A DNA stretch of 64,000 nt from Iphione sp. A-MEVVRFRX5 (Eukaryota). Numbering within the stretch: the first letter of the stretch is position 1; each line of letters starts with the position of its first letter. Under the pieces are notes generated by a model. The model ran no database searches. It was not told where the DNA came from and was given only the letters and a program-made list of their open reading frames with translations. Below are positions 37,673 to 50,700 of the stretch, piece after piece. The DNA lies in assembly GCA_976226885.1 (NCBI GenBank), contig OZ320321.1, positions 51,894,001 through 51,958,000 of the forward strand, written 5' to 3'. The position numbers and the translations under genes are program-made.

Positions 37673-37768
37673 CTGTTGCGACGAGGAACGACGACTGAAT
37701 GTCCATAAATAGCCTCGGTGCCTCGCAATGAACGCCAATGAGCACGCATGCCCATTGGACACCCATTA
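37673..37768 (-). repeat. Split direct repeat A1 (96 bp, 5' terminus)
   Basis: Identical to 33397-33492. Confidence 0.97.
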
Positions 37769-40764
37769 TGCGGGACTGAAACTTCCCTCCTCGTTACCCT
37801 CTCGCCTGGAAACTGCCAATGTAGCTTTACGAATCTGCCACGCGAGCTGGGCCACACATTACCCGCAGGCGATAGACCGACATTGTCGTCAGTATCACGC
37901 ATGTTCACTATACAAGACCGCCAAGCACACACGGCGACGCACCTCGATGTGAGCATTTGCACGAGAGAGACATCTATGAATCTTAATGAATGGCAGGCAG
38001 TCCCTTCATAATACACGATGTAAGTAAGAGCAGAGAAAGAGTTTGAATGGTGTAAGGCAAGGGTTCACTAGTATTTCCTAAACACTCATCTCGGATACAT
38101 AATACATGTAAGTGTGACAAAAGCGATAACTGATGGGCTAAAATGCAATTAAGTCGAGAGCACGGGGAAGCGAATGGCCGCGAAGCTGAAAGCATACACG
38201 ATATCATCCACTTTCCCCAATGTTAGCCATTCCACGTTTTGTCACATTTAACTGGGTCAAGCATATGTGTACGTACACTTAAATAATCATGTACTAGAGA
38301 AAAGCCAAGAGGCTTTGTGAGTCCCGATCAATTTTCGTATAGCAGGTTGACTTAAACAATGTGGGATGTAACGTGCGTTTGCTAGCTGGAGCCCAATGAA
38401 AAGAGAAAGAAAAAAAAGAGCGATAACCTGCCTACACTTGGTCCTTCGCATGGGGCATAGGTACGCATAATTCCGAAGATGTAGCCTTTAAATTATGTCT
38501 GTGTAGTCATTGCAGCTACACGCTTGTGATAGATGATGAACACACAGTCGGAGGCACACCGGACATCATTCCCAGGGTCCATTGCGGTGCATCAGCAAAT
38601 GGAGACGCCAGGGGGTCGAGATACAAACACGCTTGTTCCGCGTGCCCTGCCCAGGAGCTTGTCATATGATGTTATACGAGAGGTCGTTTTACCGAATGAA
38701 TTTGGTTAGTCGGGTGTTAACCAACAATGGCTTGTGGGGGGTACCATTGAAAGGATCGCATCGCACGATATACGTTCTAACGTATTTCCAACAGCGGAGA
38801 CCTATGTAAATGGGAAGTGCAGGTCTTCTGTAGACGATAAATTGATTATCAAAGGTCCACGCACATCTGGACTTGATGGCATTTTCTGTGTGTCTGTATA
38901 ACGGACGTCGTTTACTTGTATCTACTACCTTGATATCACCACCACCACCTTAGCATGCGTACATACTGACACGGTTTATTGCTTATACACGGATTGGCAA
39001 CTTTTCTTGCTGATATATTGATTGATATGATGATTGATCAACACAGCAGAGAGTTGAGGGGTCAAAGTCACACAGAAACCTTTATTACATAAGAGAACAA
39101 AATTAATCAGAGAGATTGTTGATGACACACGTCATGAATTCGAATAGCGCAATGTAGCTAAACGGCGGCTGATGGTTGCTTGGCGAGTTGACAACATATA
39201 TCACAATAAATATACTATATATTAGTTGTATATCGTCAAAGAACAGGATGCTGTTTGTATTCTTTATGGTAGCACACCAATAAGCCTACATTTAACAGAT
39301 ACGTGACCATGCAGAACGTTATATCTCGTTTCGTGGAAATTCACTGAATGCAAACAAGAGATGCCCAACTGTCCAAAGTCTACCTGATCTATATTAGCCG
39401 GTATGAACTCTTGCATATATCCATCAATGACTTATACAGGACTTAGAACACAGCAAATAAATGGCAGGTACATGCATGAAACACCTCCATCATTGCCCAC
39501 TGCCATGGTGACTCAGCAGAGTCAGATTTATCATTGAGCACCTAAGGACAAATCAGGTGATGGGTCAACATCAACTGAGTTTTGCCTACTCACATGCTGG
39601 GGTCACATGGCCATAATTATTCAACCTAGGGTGTTCATATAGTAATTTGGACCTGGAGCAAGTCCCCCCTTGTCCGGGATAGATGACGCACAGTTTGCCG
39701 CAAAATGTCAAAACACGCCACATATCTGCCTCCAGCTGTAGGTGGAAATTCGTGACTCCTGGTCACAACTACTGGAACTTATAAGAGCAATCATGAGTCT
39801 AGTTAACACGGCAAGTGCAGGAGAGTGTGGAGATGCTATAGCTTCAGCTTAGTACTCGCCCACATATGCCCAGGAAGATTATTCCATGGACCCACCCGCT
39901 ATACCTCATCAAGATAGTGAAGTGCCATGATCGGAGTTTTCTGACACTGCCCCTCTGCAAGAGACGCCTTGCCTTGTTTAAGTCTTAGTCATCTCTGGTA
40001 GAAGTCTCAGGTGCATCTGTCGGTGAATCGCCAACAGACATTATTTGTTAACGAGTTCCTCAATTCTGACTACACCCAGTCTGTCTTGCAGATCTCTTGC
40101 AGAGCATCTAAACAATTCATCATTCGAAGTAAGGAGAGTGGCTGTACCCAATTGCAGTATGTATGGACGAGATACATCAATCAAATGTCCATATGTGCAT
40201 GTTTTCACAGATGTGGCACGCCATGTTTTCACTGGGTTTTGTTCAGACTAATCGTAGCAACAGGATTATTTCGATGTGGCAATGCACCATGCCTCACCCA
40301 CCATGTTTGGTGCCACTGTGTTTTTAGATTAGAACATGTCCCAATTTTCATGGCTGTGCCAATCTGTTTGGCCATAGAAGTACATGAAACAGGGCTCAGA
40401 CCAGGCCCAGTCCAGTGATACATCCGAAAAGAGTACCTAATTTTCATATCATTTGAATATAAATCACATTAGTATGTACATTTCTGCACAGTTCCACACA
40501 TTTCTGCATAATTTCACGTTTAATGTGACTAATCAAGACATTGCTGAGAAGAAAACATAATCTCAAGTTTTATGGCACAGTTTCATAGTGGCGAGTGGTG
40601 TCGGGATGATTGGTTCTTTGTGAAGTGGATTGATGAGCCATGTATGTTTGGTAAATTCATTGAGCATAGGGAGTCTAGACTCCTCCTGGAGAACTGTGAC
40701 AGGCATATAAACGTCTACGAGTTATGCTTCCTTATTCTTCTAGTAACTGCACTCAACGACAGAC

Positions 40765-40765
<1 letters not shown>

Positions 40766-40808
<43 letters not shown>
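40766..40808. repeat. (GA)n microsatellite
   Basis: Near-perfect GA run. Confidence 0.92.
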
Positions 40809-40811
<3 letters not shown>

Positions 40812-43800
40812 AAACCCTGTGCCATGGAAAAATGGACACCATAACACACCCTCTCCATTTTTCCAGTGAAAACACAGTGACGTGACGACAGTTTTGCATA
40901 ACACTTCACAGTGTCACAATTACATGCTTCCATGAAAATTAAGCCTTATTAACCACAATTGCCGCAGAAGCAACGATGAGAGCATTAAAATTATCACCAC
41001 TTTAAAGGAAAGAAGGAGAGAATATTTGACTTTCTTGTCTATCTGATATTGCTCTTGTCCTCTGAAAAAGGTTTTGGAGTGAAGGGATAATGTTGAGCAA
41101 CGGAGTTAGTCGAGTGAGAAGATAATCAATTCACCAATGATGAAGACCACATTTTGGTCGAAACTTCTGACAATTAAAGCCAACTTGACAGACTATGTTG
41201 TTGTGTTAGTACTTCCACACGCTTACTACGTAATTTATATATAATACATGTTTGTCTTACTCTGCTTCCTTATATAGATAAATTGATGCGGAGCACCATG
41301 ACAGAATTCGCTAGATCTTTCTTTTCAAATCTCTGTCTTCCTATGGTGGATATAAAACATATTCTAAAGACCTACAAGGGGGCCATCTCTCATTACTGGG
41401 ACAAGCCATTCCCGGGAGGGAATGCGGTGGCCAGCACAGACGCAACTTGTATAAATTGTGTGACGCTGTGATTGTCAGTGATTATCATAATCTGCTGAGA
41501 CCTTTAGAGGTAGACCTGTGCGTGGAAGGATTCTCATCAAGTAAGAAACAGGCACAGACCTCCTGTTGGAGGTGGGAGAGGGGCAAGGGCACTCCAGGAC
41601 TCACGTCCTGGAGTGCCACTCCATCTACCCCGGAGGGATTCCATGAGATCACTACAATAGGAAACTGTAGCCATGTGAAACTAATTATTTGAAGATGGAA
41701 CGTTGCTCTCCGAAAAGGTGTCCTTGTATACGGCTATTTCTTCTTTTGGGGGAATCTAATTCACTGCAATAACACAACCTACAGTTTACAAATTTAAACA
41801 TAAGAAAGACGCTTCCCATTGCTTCATGCTTTACCAGTTTGGTTTGGAGACTGAGATACATGTATTGAGATATTGAGATATTTGTGCAGGTCTTAACGTA
41901 ATTTTGTTCCTCTGCACCCAGTGTTTCTAATAACTTCTTAGCAACAGGTTCTACCATATCAATGATCACATAACCCTTCTCTCTATTTGTGCCATTTCGG
42001 ATCAGATTTGATGCTAATATATTTCAGGAGAAAAGGAAAATTCATGTATCTGCGCCACTCTCTCGGCTGTGGAAATCCTAAGGAATGCAGTAGGAGGGAA
42101 TAATTCAATGTGCTGACAACCCAAACATTTTGTTGCACTACTACTAGAAGTCTTAAGTGTCCTCACACTCCTTTCTTTGAAAAGGGGGCACCCTATAACC
42201 CATCATATTTCGTTTTAGGTAAATTATAGTTAGGGAATACCTCTTGCCTGTGTCCGTCTGCTTAATGGCTCTTTTGGATGAAACAGAGAGTCGGTCCGCA
42301 TCTATTAAAACCCTTACCTCCAATGTAAGTAAAGGGTTATGTTACTTTCCTGCTTGGGCATCTCTTCAGAGTAGCAGCCAGTGCATGATAGAGTGCCTCA
42401 GGTGTTTTTAGATAATTTTTATTCAAGAAGTAGCGAAGCCTCGCAAACCTTGAGTTTTGTGGTAAGGACCCATAAGGAACGGTTCTTGTCGAATATATTA
42501 GCATTCACAATACATTCTTGTGTGCTCACCATTCTATAAAAGACAGGCAGGACGGGAGAGGTCATTAGATTACTTTACAGGATACTGGCTTCCTGCCCCC
42601 TTGAAGCGCAGTTCTATGACCTCCCCGAACAAAGAATCATTTCACAGGCCCCATCCTTTACTTCCCGAACATCACTCAAGCCCCTGGCAGAGGCAATAGC
42701 CACTGGTTGCTATCTGATTGAAAGGGAACTTCAGTGGCTGCTTGTTAAAGGTCTACACCATTTACTCAAGGGGTTGGAGCAACTTGTAAGGTACGTGCCG
42801 CCTAAAATAGGGATAATAGAGATAAAGCATGGCAGAGGTGGTAAACTGGCCCGTCCATAGGCTGACGAGAGTAAAGAAAAAAGTCTTTGCGAAAAAAGTA
42901 AAACATCCATTTGTTAAGGACGTGCTGAACAACACCATCACCTTGAATTCATTTTCTATATAATTCTCAATGTTTCTGTCGAGCAGGCTGAGCTTTAGAT
43001 AAAAAGAAGGTATGAGATACTATGACCTCAGCTTTCATCATATGGATTTGAATTATTCAGTAGAAGAGATGGTGTATCAGTGCAACAGTGTCCATCCAAC
43101 AAGGAAGGAATTCTCATGAAAATGTTTCCTTTTGTTGCTACATTAGACACATCCTCGATAAAATATCATTGTCGCTAATAATTGCTATCCACACACACAT
43201 AGACAGTAAGATGTATAAGTAACTAGGCATTCTCTATGCTACTTGCTATCTAGGATCCAGTCTAATCATATGGGACATCTCGACCATTCGCTCAGGGAAC
43301 TGATCGCACTGTGTAACGTGACCGCGCTCAGCTTCAAAGAGCTGGAGGTTAACGGGCGTGGGAGGTGATGTTGGATGTGCCGTTCAGCCGAGAATAAGCT
43401 GGCGGGCTCGCCTCGTTGCGGCTCAGGATGCAGAAAGCGAAAGGGATAGAGAAGGACCTTCCGGCCTGTTTAAACAGGGGGTGTCAACTATTCTGGTGAT
43501 GCGTTATTGCCTATTTTAATTCAGCGCGAAACGTTATCTATCCCTCTAAATAAGCGAGAAGCGTTATGAAGCATTTACTGGTGAAGCGTTATCAAAGAAT
43601 TTATTCTTGGTGAAGCATTAATTGGTCTACATTTAAGAGTTATGGATGGTTTGAATTCTTGGTGAATCATTATTGGGTACCCCCTGACCCCCCCTGTGTT
43701 TAAGCAGAAACACCAACAGTACCAGCAATATTGCCAGCAATCATCGGAGATATCTCCCGAGAGAACGTCAAAAGCACGCGAGTTCAGATTGCGTTTAGAG

Positions 43801-46800
43801 AACGTTTTTCCCCTCACTTGTTTTATTCAGTCATGCGCTTCTTAAAAAGAATCAATGTTTCACACTCGACATTCCGGCTTTTCTCTTTCAAAGCAGGGAC
43901 ACGTCCATATGCCCTTACCTTTCTGCAACAGTCACTGACCGTGGATTGAATGCACAGGGGGTGTAATCTGAGAGGAGGAGAGTGTGGGCTCCCCACCTGC
44001 CCCCAACTCGCTGCGAGTCATATGGATGGTTCGACCTCAGACAGACCTGCCCTCTAGCTCTCAGTGCAGTCACGCTAGAATATAGAGGTGATTGTTTGGG
44101 TATCCTGAACAGCTGCAACAGAACTTAGATGTAGAGCCACGGAATACGAGGTAACCACATTTGTCACAGGCTTTATTATCGAGAGGCTTCCCTTTTGGGA
44201 ATAGCATCAGCATGGGTCCCCCATTTTTAATACGTTTTCTTTAAGCTTTAATTTATTTTTCTTATATGTTAGAAGTAAACCACACTGATATAACATCGAT
44301 TAAAAAGCCTCTGAAAATTATACTGAAGATTGCTCTTTGGATAATGTCAGTATGACGGCATACAACAGTTTCAGTGCACAGACCATGATACTGGAGCTGT
44401 TCGAGACCAGAACGCCAGGCACCAAATACAGCTGGTATATCTCGTTCTCGAAATGATCCTTTTCAGGTTTCTCTTAAAACCTAATGTTACGGCTTCTCCC
44501 AGGCGCTCAAATATCACCAAAAGTAGTTATTTCGCTTCTTATATTGAACATCGCTTGACCTTGACCTTCTATGTGAAGGACACACTCATCAGCTCAGTTT
44601 GTGCTCTTTGTTCAAGGAAGTAGTGGTCAGAAAAATAAATCCAGCGCCGACGTTTGACACGATGATGCCCGGAGCGACCTATTTTGATGAAGGGGAGGGG
44701 GGTTGGCTTCGGGGTTGTGAATATAGCACACTAGTGTCACGTAGCCTGGCTTATATGTAGCCATGACATGCATACGTGACATGAAATTGATTTGATAATT
44801 ACTCAGCGTATCGTGTTTTGCTTATGTCTTCTGCCAATAACTGCACCGTCTTTTTCCCCAATAGCCACTCGGCACCTAATCATATCCATATGAATATGAT
44901 TCTTTTTGAAAATTGATAGTCCTCGTTCACTTACGTTACTGTATGTGACGTCCCCCTATCAACGAAACTAGTTTAGATAGCCCTGTGGCTTCGACTTAGT
45001 GACTGAATGGAATTTCCTGCAGTCATTCTTTTCCAGAGGGTGGGGACATTGGAGAAAGTTAACAAAATCGGACCAAGCAGGGTTAAAGCTAGTGTGGCGC
45101 TGTTATCTCGATTTATTTTGTGCATTAGCAATCGTAACTGGCAGTTTCATAGCGCTCCATGGCCATTGTTCCCCAAATATTGTAATTTGGGAAGGAGTTA
45201 TGAATATTTCAATTTGGATCCCTACAACTGTAGGCTACTTTATTCGGGCTTTGGGTTGTAAGGGAATGAGCGTTTCCATGGAATATGGGGAGAAATCTGA
45301 CCTTTGTTTAATACAAGCTTGATGATTTGTTCATTGTCTGCAATAAAGTCACGTGGTTTTACTGGACCCGAATACACGCTTGATTGTCGGACTGGATCTT
45401 TTATTTGCAGCAATATTGAGTCTGAAAAACTGCAGGCTCTCCTAAAACCATATTGTGTGCTCCCATGAAAGCGAGTACTGGAAGCCATCTGCTCCAGTAC
45501 ACCGCCTATAAAGAAGTTACTGCTCACATCACATAATCTAGTAAGAATGCTAACAACTAGCTGCTGGCTTGCAGGACCTTTACAGGTAGAGGAATGGTAA
45601 TTCAAAAACAATTATAGAAACCTCATTTCTCTGGCCAATACGAAACCAAAATTGCTTATTGGTGCAATGCTGTTCTCGCCTTCTGAACATTGCCTTGCAG
45701 CGTATGAGAACTAATTTATTTACGCAAGCATAGATGTCACACTTTCGCTATTGTCTAGGAATCGTCCATACCTATGAATATATTCTGACCATGCCAAATA
45801 TTTCATATGTATATTGGGTTCTATAAGTTCTTACTTTCAGGTAGCATCGAACGATTTACCCAAGTGGATGAAACCAATGTTTGCAAATGTCTGCGGGATA
45901 GTTTGTTTATTAAGAAAATTCTGACTTTGTTTGAACCACATTACACCGCATATTAACACAGTTTCTTAAAGTATGGTAAAATAATGCTCTCATAGCATTC
46001 CTCCATAGTTGCTCAAGCGGTATTGTTAGGTAAGGTGGCAGTTGCACAAGGCAACAAGTGTCAAGTATTACCTTTAAACGCGTAGTACTTAATGTCAAGC
46101 CAGGCAATAATAAGAGCATGCCCTCGGAAAATAGCGCCATCAGAAATTCTGCCACGACCATATTGTACGATTACCATATGGCTCCATCTCACTCTTTCTC
46201 CTTCGCTATTACATTGCCCCGACCCATCCTTTCTCTATAATTCCCTGGAATTACCGGAAACACCGTGGCGCCTGCTTCAACTTTGCAATTTGTCCCATGA
46301 ATTTCTCTGATATTTGCTGCAATCTGATAATTTCTTTATAGAATTCCATTAAAACTACTGCAACTCAGTTTTTCTCGTAATTTTCCTTGAAAATCCTTGC
46401 AACTCAGTATATTCACCTGAAATTGCCTTTTGCTCCACTCATCTTATATATCTGGATCTTCCCTTGTGTCTCCCTGCATCTTTCTGTGCCTCTTGGTACC
46501 ATACTGAAAGGTGCAAGGTAATCATGGCATACCATTCGCAAATAGCACAAACGTTTCTTTTGTGCATAAAAATATGTCGTGTTGTTTTTTATGCCAATCA
46601 AAATAGCTGACTTGTGTTTGCCCTAGTTTACAAACCCTACCGATCACAATTTCAGCGCTTTCTAGATTTACGTTTACATCTGCACTAGATACCCTGGATA
46701 TATACGACGTTGATTCGTATTATGTCATGATAAGGCTAGGTTTGGTAGTACCATTTTCTATCTAAATCACATACTTTGTCGTTTAATACTGTAGCGTCAA

Positions 46801-47427
46801 CTTCTTAAGAAAGACATGCCTCAGGTTTAAGATAACAGGGTTTATTAACAATCAGAACGTAATTTGAACAGTATAGAGAGCAAGACTCTGACTGACTCCC
46901 AGTGAAGAGATCCTCCCACTTATATAACTTGACTCAAATCCCCGCGTTCTGCATGCACTACTGTGCCGCACGCACTACTGTGCCACGTGCCACATGCTGC
47001 ACACTGCATGCCACACACAGCATGCCACACCAGCCACTTGGTGGATACACAAAAATACAATTCTATATACCGTATTAAATTTTAAAAAGAAAAATGAAAG
47101 GAAACCGATGAAAACAAGGCCAGTCTTTTTTTTATATTTGGTCTGGTACCAGGTCGGAGTTTGCTGTAAAGGTCTACAAGTAAGGAGACGTAACGAATTC
47201 ACTGCTTCGTTAAGTGAAGATGTCATACTGGAGCACACTACCTGATTGCGACGAGGTTACTGGTTTACTCCGAGGTAATCTGCTTAAGGAGTCGACAGGC
47301 GTGTAGGGCACATATGAAGAGTAGCAATATAATTGTATTCGTTTGAACGTAGGTTACACGCCTGCTCAGAGATGTTCTTCTGTGACGATGTAGTTACATT
47401 GTGTACACACGGTGACTTTATGCGGCT

Positions 47428-47716
47428 TAGGCCCCGACAACGTCTCTGTTTCCGGTAACATGTTGAAAAATATAGGGTCGTTAGGCAGATGGTCCTTTCT
47501 AAACTTTTATTTGCCACTTTAAATAGAGCCTAAAAACAATAAACGTGTCCATTAAAATCCGAGACTAACACTTCAATTGCTTGCAAAGGAGTGTTGCATA
47601 AGTCTGTAGCTCTATTTGTTCTCTCGATATGGAGAAAACAATTATGAGATACAAAAATACAACAAGCAAAAATGTAGGGTCAGTCGGGTTACCAGAAACA
47701 AAGAAATTTAGGCCTA
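47428..47716. mobile_element. MITE, copy of the 18185 family
   Basis: TAGGCCCC..TGTTTCCGGTAACATG...GTAGGGTCAGTCGGGTTACCAGAAACA..TAGGCCTA. Confidence 0.72.
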
Positions 47717-50700
47717 AAAACATTCGAGTTACCCAAGACTCTCAGTCTCTATCTCCAAGACTAAAGCTTACAAAACAGGTAAGCTTAATAAACTTCACCA
47801 AGGACAGTCCAGTAGAAAAGGAAACACATATTTATGTTTACGTTCGGATCCGAAAACTTTACGGTGAATATATCGACATGCCTTCCTACATGCCCTTTTT
47901 CAGTGGTATTCCCGGAGGCTACGTATAAAACGAGATAATGTAGTTTGAATAAATTTCCGAGTCGCCAGGATCAATCACTTGTCTGATCAGACGTGTAAAT
48001 GGCTGGGTAATTACCTTAATTGCAATTAACGTTGAGTATTTCCGTCGTGTGAGTTAATGAATTCGATGGCTGCTTTGATCATTATGGTCCTTATTTTGTC
48101 TCACTCATTACTTCCTGGCTCCATGGAAACAAAACATCTGCTTGGCCTTCCTTTACTGAGGTCATAAAGATATAAAACAGAAGAAAACTAAAAAGGCAAT
48201 GTTTTGTGGGCATTTGTGCCTCGACGATGCATAAAATATTCAAACTAATCGTTTCTGTCAACTAGTTCTCAACCAAAGTTGGCTAATTAGTTCTTTCAAC
48301 AATGAGCCATCAGCACTTGGAATAATCATCCACTAACAACCCAGGGAAGCGGATATATAGGACAGGGAACGCATAGACCACGAAGGGCTACAAAATGGCC
48401 AGAGTAACTTCTTTAACGGTTTATGTAACGTGCACCACACAAAATTCTACAGATCAATACAGAGGAAACGGCACGCCTGGCCTACAGTTCATCTAATGAT
48501 TCTCATGAAGTTCTGAGGATATCTAATTTGCTCATATACTTCGCCCATCACACGAATTTCTAGAACTATATTGCAGGTAAACAGGGTCCAAGAACGCGTA
48601 AACTTTGAACACATATGCTCATTGCAGGATTTAGAAATGTGTTTGCTCAAAGCGTGGTCGTCATTTCGTTCCTGTTCGCTAGGATATTTGATTGTGGCCT
48701 GCGGATATGAAAAACGTTTTCACAACCGCTGCCACCCATAGGTTAATAGACTCCTGCGGATACCCAGAGGGAGGAGACGCTGCCATTAATGATCCTTTTT
48801 GTGTCCTCAAGAGTCACTTTGCGACGTGCGCTGCATACAATGTAGGTGACGACTGAAAAATGATTGTTTTATACAGGCTTCAGTGAACAAGATCAAAACG
48901 GAAGCGATGCGTTATTAGCGGGACCGACCGGATTGATGTTTACGTTCATGAAAACCTTTTATAACATCTGGAGGGCTAATTTGACGAAGATGAGCTTATT
49001 GAAATGTGAAACTTCTAACACTCTAACGGGAGTGTGGTCCTCATTGTAATGATTTTTCCTCACGATGGAACCATAACATTTTATGCATTTTGAACGCTCC
49101 CTGCCTGAACGATAACAAAACCTTGTGCAAGCCACACCTTTTCAGTCACACTTGTAGCGGCGTATACTCATTATATGCAACTGTCGGGAATTTTAAAGTT
49201 TCTGAACTAACCTATGTGAAATTGCTTATGTGCAGAATAAGAGTCACTATGGTAACAGAGGGTAAACTTTCAGGCTGGCCAGAGTGATAGCTCTCTTGTC
49301 GATGGAATTAGACGGTAGTCAGTTGGCTGGCAGCAATGTTCTCCCACTGTCCTTCCCAGTAACTACACTTCCGTCATAAGTATACTCTATCGCCGGTTTG
49401 ACGTAGTCACTACTGCCAGGTTAACAGACAAAAGTAAGGATATTAATCAGGGTAATAGAACGCACAGTCTGCCTTAGTGCAGTCAAGACTGCAGTCTTTT
49501 TAGCCAGCAATTTTGTGCGAAATGTATAACACGTATATTTAAGCAGTCCTAGAGGTAGACTTCTGCCATTTCTTTCCAGCGTTTCACAGAAAAAGGTGGT
49601 AAGGTAGTAATTATGCTAATCTTATTCCCTCTACATCCGCACGAACATATAAGAAACACGGTCAAAGTAAATATATACAATAGCAACTCACCCTGTGGGC
49701 ACCTCAACTAGAAGGTCAGTTCAGAACTAAAGGCAGCGTTGGGGATGGTCTCAGTGTATTATTTCCTATAGTATAATTAACTCAGGGAACAGGGCAATGT
49801 AAAGATAACGGTCAAAGCCTGAGTCCCATTTGTCATTTTAGTTCTTGCTCGTACTTATGCAGAACGGAGATTAGTACAGTGGTATGTGGTATATAGTGGT
49901 TTTTAAAATACTCTTTTTTAATGTGAAGGATGATGGATCAAGGCGACCAACAAGTGATGTGTAACACTATGTGCTCGCCATTGACGCTTCGTGCCTAAGT
50001 CTTCAGGCTTCTACGGAAGCCTGCAGCACCACCTGACGGAGGCACTTGAGCATCGCGGCCACACTTACAGCCAATTAGCCAGGTGTGCCATTCAGAGCGT
50101 GAGGCGCCTGTCACCGCAATCCGGCGCCTCAGTATGTGCCTGTCCATTTCGGCCAATGGCCAGGGTCGTCGAGTGAAGGCTTCTATTTCCAGCTGCACAG
50201 CCTGCATCCAATGCTGCTCACCACACACGCAATAGCAACGGTTAGATCCGATCCACTTCCTCCCTGCGTTTGCAATAATTGGCATTCACGTTGCTCCTGT
50301 ATTTGCGGTGGGCTGTTGTGGAATAGCCAGCAATATCTGTAGCGTGGGGGATTTCCTTTTCTGGTTCTCTTTTTATTGACAGGCATTCCGTAAGAAAGCT
50401 GTATTCATTAATTACTTGCCAGTGCATTCATCTTCATTAAAATGGTTGTAATAACGTTTTGCAGTTGTAGGGATGAATATATTTAAGACTATAAACTAGA
50501 TAGATACCTAACACAGCTACATAGTCTGTGATTCCAAAATTCACAAATTTATGCACATAAAGTACCAACGAGTGTGTCGTTAAAGAACGTATGCAGCCTG
50601 AACACTAATACAATTCCGGCTTTAATATTGAAAAGAAAAAATATTCAATCTGAATGGTGGTTGTCACGTTTACATTCTAAAATAACCATCGTGTTACTCT

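Larger units (their letters stand above)
33165..37768 (-). mobile_element. Intact Ngaro-type (DIRS order) tyrosine-recombinase retrotransposon with split direct repeats
   Basis: A1(37768-37673)-gag-RT/RNaseH-YR-B1(33630-33488)-A2(33492-33397)-89-bp spacer-B2(33307-33165); no methyltransferase domain after RNase H; three uninterrupted ORFs. Confidence 0.95.

Noticed and set aside
33616-37712. Overlapping and antisense short ORFs within the Ngaro element; track gag start at 37762
   Set aside because: Shadows of GC-rich coding sequence; 37762 is a GTG inside repeat A1 and the first ATG in frame is 37663
40011-40447. Decayed ORF-like stretch (SEQNPVKTW, vaguely Tc1-like)
   Set aside because: Multiple stops; similarity within chance
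44999-45322. HGHCSPN...RALG..G...EYG resembling a SET-domain C-terminus
   Set aside because: Core NHSC motif is imperfect, spacing is loose, and there are no splice sites or N-terminal SET half
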